60,276 nt of DNA from Candidatus Woesearchaeota archaeon (lineage in GTDB: Archaea > Nanobdellota > Nanobdellia > Woesearchaeales > JABMPP01), in assembly GCA_013202955.1 (NCBI GenBank), contig JABMPP010000101.1, forward strand, positions 1 through 60,276, written 5' to 3'. The notes beneath the pieces are model-generated. The model saw only the letters and a list, made by a program, of their open reading frames with translations, was not told the origin of the DNA and did no database searches. This document shows positions 8,680 to 16,319 of this stretch, piece after piece; positions within the stretch are counted from its first letter, which is position 1; every line of letters starts with the position of its first letter. Position numbers and translations under genes: made by a program.

Positions 8680-10425
8680 ATGACACGAATAGCTGTAGTT
8701 GACAACTCAAAGCTTAAGGATATGGATAAAAAGAAGCATATCCAGAGCTTGTGTCCTGTAAACAGATCAGGAAGTGAATGTATTAAATTAGGGGATTCAA
8801 AGCTTTCGATAGATGAATCCTTATGTATTGGTTGTGGTATATGCGTGAATGCTGCTCCAGATTCAATAAAAATAATTAATCTTCCTGAATCACTTACCAA
8901 GGATCCAATTCATCGCTATGGTGAAAACCAATTTTCTCTTTATAATCTTCCAACACCTATTTTTGGTAAGGTTACAGGCATTTTAGGAGTGAATGGAATA
9001 GGAAAAACAACTGCAATAAACATTCTGGCAGGTGTTCTTAACCCAAATCTTGGTGATTGGGAAAAAGAAGCAGATCACAAACAGCTTATAGAGTTTTTCA
9101 AAGGAACCGAAGCCCAACTTTTTTTTGAAAAAGTTGAAAAAGGAGATATAAAAGTATCTTACAAGCCACAGAATGTTGATATGATCCCAAAAACATCAAA
9201 AGGAAAAGTAAGAACCCTTCTGGAAAAAGTAGATGAGAAAAAAGAGCTTGAAAAAATCTCAAAAGAACTAGAGATTGAAAAAATACTTGATAATGATATA
9301 AAGAATATTTCTGGAGGAGAGCTCCAAAGAGTTGCAATTGCTGCTACTATTCTAAAAAAAGCAAATGTTTACATCTTTGACGAACCAACATCATATCTTG
9401 ACATAAAGCAAAGAATAAAAGTAAGCAAATTCATCAGAAATATGGTAAATAATGAAACAGCTGTTCTTGTTGTTGAACACGATCTAATAATTCTTGATTA
9501 TATGACTGATCTTGTTTACATAATGTATGGTAAAGAATCTGGGTTTGGTGTTGTGAGTCAGCCAAAATCAACAAAAACAGCAATAAATGTTTATTTATCA
9601 GGATATCTGAAAGAAGAAAATGTAAGATTCAGAGATCATGAGATAAAATTTGAGGTTCGTCCACCAACATCCTTAAAAAAACAACATTTGCTTACCACAT
9701 GGCATGACATAAAAAAGAAGTTAGGGAATTTTAATCTTGAAGCAGACAAAGGAGAGCTTCATAAAAATGAGGTTATTGGGGTTCTTGGTGAAAATGGAAT
9801 AGGAAAAACCAGTTTTGTGAAAATTCTAGCAGGTGTTCTAAAACAGGACAAAGGAAAAATAGAAACAAAAATAGTTGTTTCTTACAAACCACAATATTTA
9901 GAGACTTCTAATGAGCTTGTTATGAATATTTTAAAAGAAGCAGTTAAAAATTATGAAACTCAAATCATCAGACCACTGAACATAAAACCATTATTATTGA
10001 AAAAGATAACCCAACTTTCTGGAGGAGAGCTCCAACGAGTTTCTATTGCTTTATGTTTATCAAAAGAAGCAGATCTTTATCTTATTGACGAACCTTCTGC
10101 TTATCTTGATGCAGAGCAAAGATTGATTGTGTCAAAGATTATAAGAGGTTTTATAGAAGAAAAAAATAAAACTGCACTGATTGTTGACCATGATTTGTTG
10201 TTTATGGATTATCTTTCTGAAAAATTGATTGTGTTTGATGGTGAATCAGCAGTTAATGGTGTTGTTAATAATCCCTTGGATATGGAGAAAGGAATGAACA
10301 AATTCCTGAACACTCTACAAATAACATTCAGAAGAGATGAAGAATCAAAAAGACCAAGAGCAAACAAACTTGACTCACAGATGGATAAAAAGCAGAAAAG
10401 TGAGAATAAACTGTATTATACTTAA
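8680..10425 (+). CDS. abce1: ABCE1 / RNase L inhibitor-type ribosome recycling ATPase
   Basis: N-terminal ferredoxin-like segment CIGCGICV. Two ABC cassettes are present: GVNGIGKTT and GENGIGKTS as Walker A, and LSGGELQRV twice as signature. Confidence 0.93.
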   Translation: MTRIAVVDNSKLKDMDKKKHIQSLCPVNRSGSECIKLGDSKLSIDESLCIGCGICVNAAPDSIKIINLPESLTKDPIHRYGENQFSLYNLPTPIFGKVTGILGVNGIGKTTAINILAGVLNPNLGDWEKEADHKQLIEFFKGTEAQLFFEKVEKGDIKVSYKPQNVDMIPKTSKGKVRTLLEKVDEKKELEKISKELEIEKILDNDIKNISGGELQRVAIAATILKKANVYIFDEPTSYLDIKQRIKVSKFIRNMVNNETAVLVVEHDLIILDYMTDLVYIMYGKESGFGVVSQPKSTKTAINVYLSGYLKEENVRFRDHEIKFEVRPPTSLKKQHLLTTWHDIKKKLGNFNLEADKGELHKNEVIGVLGENGIGKTSFVKILAGVLKQDKGKIETKIVVSYKPQYLETSNELVMNILKEAVKNYETQIIRPLNIKPLLLKKITQLSGGELQRVSIALCLSKEADLYLIDEPSAYLDAEQRLIVSKIIRGFIEEKNKTALIVDHDLLFMDYLSEKLIVFDGESAVNGVVNNPLDMEKGMNKFLNTLQITFRRDEESKRPRANKLDSQMDKKQKSENKLYYT

Positions 10426-11702
10426 GAGCCTGTTCCTACTATTGATATTGAACCAGAATAACTTCCAGCAACTGCATCATTAGGAACATTTATTCTAAAT
10501 GTTATATCACCGAATGAATCAATCCCTGAATTTAGATTCAGATTCAGATCTTTTGGATTTTTCCCTAAATTAAAAGATACCTCCTCTTCATCTGTGAAGC
10601 TTACCTCAATATTCTCAATATTAATAATATTTGACCCAAATATTAAATCAGCTCCAAAAATCTCAACATCTAAATTTACATTTCCCATGTTAATAATTCT
10701 TACATTGCTTTCCAAGCTCTGTCCTGGAATAACATCATATGATGCTAAAGAGCCTTCAACATCAAAACCAATAATTGGCATATACTCAAAATACATTGTT
10801 GTGTTTGTGTTATCATTTACACTTAAGTAAATAACATAATCTGCTGCTGATTCATAATATTCTATCTCAATAAAACCTTCATATATTTTGTTTCCATTGG
10901 TTGTGTTTACATAACTCAACCCAAATACTTCTGACCCAAAAATAGCAGAAACATCTGATATATCATTATTAAAATCCTGTATTGTTGCTCTGATATTGAT
11001 ATTCCTGTTTTCTCCTGGAGAAGGATTTATCTGATTACCTTCAATATTTAAGTAATCATCATCAATTATCTCTGCAGATATTATTGTTATATCACTGCTT
11101 GTTATACTTGTTGTGACCTCAATCTCATAAAAACTATCTTCTGTGAATGTCTGAATATAAGAGCTGTTTCTGAATATTGGAGCAGATGAAAAGAAATCAT
11201 CACTATTATTGTTTGTATCCACAAAACCATCGCTTGTTATTCTTCTTTTCAAGCTAATCCCTTCAATAATATTTGGATGAGGAGTTCCCTCGTAGTCAGA
11301 GTCTATACTTGAGGGGTCACCCCAACCAACAGCGTCTACTGTAGTGCCATTATAGATTAAAGCAATTCCAGAATCAGAATTTGACATTGTTATTGTTTCC
11401 TCATAATCAGCTTCCACCCATTTTTGATTATCTTTATTTATTGACCATCCTGAATCAGCAACAAGAAAAAACCCATAAGGCCTTATTAATGCATTTTCTA
11501 TTATAGCATCTGTTGCAGAACTTTCAGTTAAAATCACATAACCAGAAATATTGATGTACTCTTCAGTTGGATTGTAAAGCTCTACTGCTTCTCCTCCTGC
11601 TTCAGTGTTTTCTGGATTAAACAACACTTCTGTTATTATTATATTATCCAGGGCATTCACTCCTGAGATAACCAATAAAAACATAATTATTACTTTTTTC
11701 AT
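10422..11702 (-). CDS. secreted lamin-tail-domain (LTD) protein
   Basis: Signal peptide MKKVIIMFLLVISGVNA, then ITEVLFNPENTEAGGEAVELYNPTEEYINISGY, which is typical of an LTD. The C-terminal part looks beta-rich and Ig-like. Confidence 0.65.
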   Translation of the reverse strand: MKKVIIMFLLVISGVNALDNIIITEVLFNPENTEAGGEAVELYNPTEEYINISGYVILTESSATDAIIENALIRPYGFFLVADSGWSINKDNQKWVEADYEETITMSNSDSGIALIYNGTTVDAVGWGDPSSIDSDYEGTPHPNIIEGISLKRRITSDGFVDTNNNSDDFFSSAPIFRNSSYIQTFTEDSFYEIEVTTSITSSDITIISAEIIDDDYLNIEGNQINPSPGENRNINIRATIQDFNNDISDVSAIFGSEVFGLSYVNTTNGNKIYEGFIEIEYYESAADYVIYLSVNDNTNTTMYFEYMPIIGFDVEGSLASYDVIPGQSLESNVRIINMGNVNLDVEIFGADLIFGSNIINIENIEVSFTDEEEVSFNLGKNPKDLNLNLNSGIDSFGDITFRINVPNDAVAGSYSGSISIVGTGS

Positions 11703-11858
11703 AGGTTTGTTTAATATTTAGTTTTTTAAGTGTATTTCTGAGAAAAAACCAAAGAATTTTCATTGGTTACAAAAATATTTCGAAGCTTATAGAAAATTCA
11801 ATAGAAAAAAATTAATTTTATCTGATTTTTCCGATAATTAACAAGAATTGTTCCTTAC

Positions 11859-12086
11859 TTATTTGGCAACAATCATAGTGCTTGTTAAATTAACTTCAGG
11901 AAGATTTCTTATATTGCTCATTACAAAGCTTCCAAGTTCTTCCGCAGATTCTATCTCAAGCTTGACAATTAAATCCCACTCACCGAACAAGATATTGACC
12001 TCTTTTACTTCTTTCATTTCCTTAAGGTCATCATAGATATTTTGTTCAGCTGTTTTCTTTAAAGATACTAATACATATCCAAACAT
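11859..12086 (-). CDS. stand-alone Lrp/AsnC ligand-binding (RAM) domain protein
   Basis: 75 aa: MFGYVLVSLK...VKEVNILFGEWDLIVKLE...IRNLPEVNLTSTMIV, the characteristic RAM-domain pattern. Confidence 0.7.
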   Translation of the reverse strand: MFGYVLVSLKKTAEQNIYDDLKEMKEVKEVNILFGEWDLIVKLEIESAEELGSFVMSNIRNLPEVNLTSTMIVAK

Positions 12087-12125
12087 AAAAACACCCCCAC
12101 AATAAACTAAAATTATTGAAAGTTT

Positions 12126-12854
12126 TTAAACTTTTCTCACAAATACCAAAAATCCTGTATGAGCAATCATCTGATTCTTTGGTCTTGCTATTCTGCCTTG
12201 TATCTTCCATTCTCTTTCCAGAATCTCAACAGTCCTTAGATAAACAAACCCCTTATTCTTTTCAATCTCTTTAACAAAATCTGATACTTGAGGTACAGTA
12301 GGAACATAAGCAGCAACAAACCCTCCATTTTTTAATGCTTTAGAAGCAGATTTAACAGCTTTCCACGGTTCTGGCAAATCTAATGTTACCAAATCAACAT
12401 TCTTTTCATCTATCCCATTGTAAACATCCTTATTTTTTATTTTTATATTCTTTAATCCAAAGGATTCTATGTTTCTTTCCACAACCTTGATATGATCCTT
12501 TCTTTTTTCATATGTAACAATCTCTTTTACATGGTGAGCTAGAAAACATGCTAATGCTCCACTGCCTGCACCTGCATCCACAACCTTGCTTTTGTGGTTG
12601 ATCCCTGTTTCTACAATTATCTGTGCAATATCTTTTAATATCATTATCTGTGCATCTCTTTTTATTTTCTTGTAAGCATCAATAAATGATGACTCTAGAA
12701 TTGAGAATTCTTTTCCAGTGTTTGTTTTTACTTTTCCTGACTTCTTCTTTAGATCTTTTGCTTTTACAAATCCAAACTGTGTATGAAAATCTTTAGATAA
12801 ATCCTTTACAAAAAATTCTTTTTCCTGTCCTATTAATACTCTTTTTATTTCCAT
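12126..12854 (-). CDS. trmI: tRNA (adenine-N1)-methyltransferase TrmI (m1A57/58)
   Basis: SAM motif VVDAGAGSGALACFLA and DLPEPWKAV, with GCD14/TrmI layout. The start is set at MEIKRV, because the upstream 20 codons of the tracked ORF read through the tRNA-Cys gene. Confidence 0.85.
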   Translation of the reverse strand: MEIKRVLIGQEKEFFVKDLSKDFHTQFGFVKAKDLKKKSGKVKTNTGKEFSILESSFIDAYKKIKRDAQIMILKDIAQIIVETGINHKSKVVDAGAGSGALACFLAHHVKEIVTYEKRKDHIKVVERNIESFGLKNIKIKNKDVYNGIDEKNVDLVTLDLPEPWKAVKSASKALKNGGFVAAYVPTVPQVSDFVKEIEKNKGFVYLRTVEILEREWKIQGRIARPKNQMIAHTGFLVFVRKV

Positions 12855-12865
12855 TTTGAAAGAAA

Positions 12866-12974
12866 AGCGAGGGGAGGGACTCGAACCCTCGAATAATCGG
12901 GATCTACTAGTCATCGCCGAAGCTCATCATCCCAGATTTGCAGCCGATCGCCTTAGCCGCTTGGCCACCCTCGC
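12866..12974 (-). tRNA. tRNA-Cys(GCA) with a ~36-nt intron in the anticodon-loop region
   Basis: Minus-strand sequence is GCGAGGG-TG-GCC-AAGCGGCTAA-GGC-G-ATCGG-CTGCAA[intron]-CCGAT-TATTC-GAGGG-TTCGAGT-CCCTC-CCCTCGC-T. The acceptor, D, anticodon and T stems all pair. U33 precedes GCA, and discriminator U73 is the Cys identity element. It forms a GC-rich island in AT-rich DNA. Confidence 0.8.
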
Positions 12975-13287
12975 AATGGTTTCGTCCATTGACACCGAAG
13001 TGAGACATGCACTCACTCTGTTCGCTTAGTCTCACGAAGCACTTCATTTTTGCTTCTTCTGTGAAGCTTACAAGAAAGGATAAAATAGATATTAATAAAG
13101 GTTTTGTTGTTAATCTTTAGCTTTTCTAGCTTGTGTTAAGTTCTTTTCCAGTTACGAGCAAACGAAATGAGACGAGTTCTGGGAAACTGCGTCCGAAGAG
13201 TTTGAGTTGGCGAGCGTTTAAAGAAGTAAAGGGCTGGGCTTAAATAATAAAAAGATTTATAATAAAATAAATTCTTTAATATAAGAT

Positions 13288-13986
13288 ATGAGAATAATTA
13301 TAATGGTATTATTATTTGCTATATTAATTTTAAATAGTGGGTGTAATGAATTGATTGAATCAACCGAAAAAGAAATTATAGTTCTAGAAAAAATTGATAA
13401 AGATAAACAAGAAACAAAGAATGAAGAAGTTATTTTAAAATCTGAAAAGAAATTTTTTGATTGGAATGTATTGTTAGTTGGGTGTTCAGGATGTAGTAAG
13501 TCTGAAATTGTCAATTTTAGGGATAAGATACTTTTAGCATTGCCTGAAGGGGAATACCAATTTGATGGTTATAGTATGATTGTTGATCATGTTCCAACAA
13601 AATTCAATGATTTATCTGAAAATTATGCAATAAATGGAATATACCTTAATCTAACATATGAGGGAAATAACAAATTAAACGAACTAGATTTAAGTGAATA
13701 TGGAGTGAGAACAGTATATTTTAACAGAATTATTGATAAAAGTATTCAAGCAGAACCAGAAAACGATACTGAGTTGAGATATTGCAAGGAAGAAAGAGAG
13801 TGCATTATGGTTGGTACTAATTGTTGTGCAAGTGCTAATTGTGGATATACTGCAATCAACAGAAAATTTCATGATTATTGGGAATCTCAGTTTGATTGTA
13901 GTGATATTGCTTGTATTGCAAGTATTTGTATGAAAACATTTAATGTAAGATGTTTAAACCATCAGTGTACTCTTATTGAAGGTTAA
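13288..13986 (+). CDS. Cys-rich lipoprotein-like secreted protein
   Basis: MRIIIMVLLFAILILNSGC is a lipobox-like signal. The C-terminus carries many Cys residues (CKEERECIMVGTNCCASANCGY...CSDIACIASICMK...CLNHQC). Confidence 0.5.
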   Translation: MRIIIMVLLFAILILNSGCNELIESTEKEIIVLEKIDKDKQETKNEEVILKSEKKFFDWNVLLVGCSGCSKSEIVNFRDKILLALPEGEYQFDGYSMIVDHVPTKFNDLSENYAINGIYLNLTYEGNNKLNELDLSEYGVRTVYFNRIIDKSIQAEPENDTELRYCKEERECIMVGTNCCASANCGYTAINRKFHDYWESQFDCSDIACIASICMKTFNVRCLNHQCTLIEG

Positions 13987-14193
13987 GATCTGTAATGGAA
14001 ATTTAATTGCGAGTCCAGCCCTAATTAATAAACCCTTTTTCTTTTTAACATTAAAGCGAGTCAACTCAAATTGAACTCCAATTACCATTAAGCTTACTTT
14101 TTCAGTTTATTCTCGGAAATTTTTCGATTTTTTTAGGACAAGACATATAAAGAGCATTATCTACTATCCTATAGAATTAAATTTGTGGTTCTA

Positions 14194-14920
14194 ATGGAAT
14201 TTAATTTAACAAAAATAAAATTTAGTAATAATGACTTAAAGAGTGGTATAAAAATTCCTAAAATTCTAACTAAAGAGCTAGCAGAATTCCTTGGTATAAT
14301 GATTGGTGATGGGCATATCGGGAAATATAAAAATAAATTAGGAAAAAATAGTTATTTACATTACGAAATGAATATATGTGGTAATATTAAAGATAAAAAT
14401 TATTATAAAACTCATGTGAATAATCTGTTCTTTGAAATTTTTAACACAAAATTTAATTTTTTTACAATAAAAAAGAAGAATGCAATTATTCTCAGAAAGG
14501 ATTCTAAAGCAATATATTTTTTCTTGAGTAAGATAATTGGGATACCTTCAAGAAAAGATAATGTTTCTATTCCTTCTTGTATTTTGAGAGGAAGTAAAAA
14601 AGTAAAATCATATTTTCTTAAAGGTTTTGCAGATGCAGATTTTTGTTTAACTGTTAAATATAAACCTAACAAATATCCTGTTATTCATGGAACTTCTAAA
14701 TCTAAAACTTTAATAACTCAATCTTCAAAAAATTTTAAATGAACTAGGCATAAAAAATAATTTTCAAACTGAAAATAGCTACTATGAAAAAAGAAATAAA
14801 AATTATCTGAGACACAGAGTTTATGTTAATGGATTTTTTAGGGTTGAGAAATTTATGTGTCTGGTTGGTTTTAGTAATGATTTTAAAATAAAAAAGTATG
14901 AAAGGCTAATAAGTTCTTAA
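14194..14920 (+). pseudogene. LAGLIDADG homing endonuclease, interrupted by a +1 frameshift in an A6 run (~14727-14732)
   Basis: Two LAGLIDADG motifs are present: LAEFLGIMIGDGHI and YFLKGFADADFCL. After the stop at 14742 the reading continues in frame 2 as QKILNELGIKNNFQTE...VNGFFRVEKFMCLVGFSNDFKIKKYERLISS, ending at 14920. This is the expected C-terminal part of the family. Confidence 0.7.
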
Positions 14921-14932
14921 TTTTTGCAAATA

Positions 14933-14940
14933 TTTAAATA
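14933..14940 (+). promoter_or_regulatory. TATA box for tRNA-Arg
   Basis: TTTAAATA lies 25-32 nt upstream of tRNA position 1, the canonical archaeal spacing. Confidence 0.4.
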
Positions 14941-14964
14941 TATTCATCTAAATCTATGACACAG

Positions 14965-15064
14965 GGGCCCGTAGCCTAGGCTGGACAAGGCGACAGCCTT
15001 CTAAGCTGAGAAGCCCTAATAAGCTTCGCTTAATAGATCGGGGGTTCAAATCCCCCCGGGCCCG
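14965..15064 (+). tRNA. tRNA-Arg(TCT)-like, 100 nt, with a 25-30-nt insertion between anticodon stem and T-arm
   Basis: GGGCCCG-TA-GCCT-AGGCTGGACA-AGGC-G-ACAGC-CTTCTAA-GCTGA-[GAAGCCCTAATAAGCTTCGCTTAATAGATC]-GGGGG-TTCAAAT-CCCCC-CGGGCCC-G. U33 precedes the TCT anticodon, followed by A37. The 27:43 pair is an A-A mismatch. The extra segment contains the hairpin GAAGC/GCTTC. Confidence 0.65.
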
Positions 15065-15070
15065 CTTTTC

Positions 15071-15595
15071 TTAGAACTCATATATTTTTAAATCTTCATA
15101 AACAGGTCCTTCTGGAGTCAATATGCTCTTTTTTAATCTAAAATCTTTAACCTCAAATTCTTTTTCCTGTATTTTTAAACTCTTTAAGGTTTCTTTAAAT
15201 TTATTCTTATCAGGAATGAACTTTACTCTTCCTAATGTTATGTGTGGATGAAACTTGTGATCATTAGGGAAATCTTTTAATTTATCATCAACCAATCTTT
15301 GTAATTCTTTTATTTTATCACCTGGCTCTAATCCAACCCACACAACTCTTACATAATCCTCATTTGGAAAAACACCTATTTCAGATGTTTTTAGCTTAAA
15401 CCCCTCAAATTCCACTTCTTTAAGAACATTTTTTACCTTTTCAACCTTATCTTCATGAATCTCCCCAAGAAACTTTAGTGTAAGATGGAAATCCTTAGAA
15501 AAAGCTATTTTTGCATCTTCTTCTAATCTTTTCTGCAACCCAACAAAATACTTTTTTAATTCTTCAGGAACCTCAACAGCAATGAATGTTCTCAT
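15071..15595 (-). CDS. thpR: RNA 2',3'-cyclic phosphodiesterase (2H family, ThpR/LigT)
   Basis: Two H-x-T-x motifs are present: FHLTLKFLGE and HPHITLGRV. Length is ~174 aa. Confidence 0.85.
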   Translation of the reverse strand: MRTFIAVEVPEELKKYFVGLQKRLEEDAKIAFSKDFHLTLKFLGEIHEDKVEKVKNVLKEVEFEGFKLKTSEIGVFPNEDYVRVVWVGLEPGDKIKELQRLVDDKLKDFPNDHKFHPHITLGRVKFIPDKNKFKETLKSLKIQEKEFEVKDFRLKKSILTPEGPVYEDLKIYEF

Positions 15596-15656
15596 ATCTA
15601 TAAAGAATTAAAAGCAATATAAAAAAGTATAGAAAAAAAAATTATAAAAAAATAAT

Positions 15657-16223
15657 TTATTTCTTGGCTTTTTCTTCATCACCAAAATCTTCAGTGTCTT
15701 CAGCAGATTTCTCTTCTTCTGCTTCTTCAGAAGGTTTTTCTTCAGCTACTTCCTCAGCATCTTCCTGCTTTTCCTCTTCTTTTGCAGGTTCAGCTTCTTC
15801 AGCAGTCTCTTCTTCTGATGTTTCTTCTTTTTCAGCTGCATCCTCTTGCTTTTTCTCTGTCTCTTCAGCATCCTCTTGCTTCTCTTCCTCAGCAGCTGGT
15901 TCGTCACCAAAGTCTTCAGTATCTTCCTGCACTTCTTCAGTTGCTTCCTCAGCAGGCTCTTCAGTTGTTTCCTCAGCAGCTTCATCCTGTGTCTCTTCAG
16001 CAGGAGCTCCTTCACCGACAACATCAGCAAAGCCAACCCTTCTTAAAACTCTGTTCACTTTAACTTTTACAGTCTGTCCTTCTTGTGTGTTTGGTACAAA
16101 CAAAACAAAACCATCTTTCTTAGCTATTCCGTCTCCTTTTGCACCTACAGCCTCTATCTTAACTTCTAATTCGTCTCCTTCTTTTACAGGCACAAATCCG
16201 CCTGATCTAAAACCGTCTCTCAT
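15657..16223 (-). CDS. TRAM-domain protein with long acidic low-complexity C-terminal tail
   Basis: VKEGDELEVKIEAVGAKGDGIAKKDGFVLFVPNTQEGQTVKVKVNRV is a TRAM domain. The tail is Glu/Ala-rich, with EDTEDFGDE and EEEKQEDAEE each present twice. An ATG at 16223 is preceded by GGTGA, and the tracked start at 16235 is a GTG inside that SD-like element. Confidence 0.8.
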   Translation of the reverse strand: MRDGFRSGGFVPVKEGDELEVKIEAVGAKGDGIAKKDGFVLFVPNTQEGQTVKVKVNRVLRRVGFADVVGEGAPAEETQDEAAEETTEEPAEEATEEVQEDTEDFGDEPAAEEEKQEDAEETEKKQEDAAEKEETSEEETAEEAEPAKEEEKQEDAEEVAEEKPSEEAEEEKSAEDTEDFGDEEKAKK

Positions 16224-16319
16224 ATTACATCTCACCTATTATTTTATTTATTCACCCTAGAATCTTTCTAAAGCGTATCAGCTAGACTTCTCCCATACTT
16301 TATAAAGTTAATGGAAAAA

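Noticed and set aside
12855-12914. N-terminal extension of the TrmI ORF (MTSRSRLFEGSSPSPRFSFK)
   Set aside because: These codons read through the T-arm and acceptor of the tRNA-Cys gene. The real start is MEIKRV at 12854.
13230-14022. AGGGCTG ... CAGCCCT as the acceptor stem of a split or giant-intron tRNA
   Set aside because: No D-arm follows the 5' element. No T-arm (GTTCRANYC) precedes the 3' element. The intervening 780 nt encode a protein.
15664-16260. 198-aa Ser-rich plus-strand ORF, with nested ORFs at 15746-16063
   Set aside because: It is antisense or out of frame relative to the TRAM gene's Glu-rich tail (GAA/GAG repeats read as TTC/CTC). The TRAM domain on the minus strand is the recognisable product.
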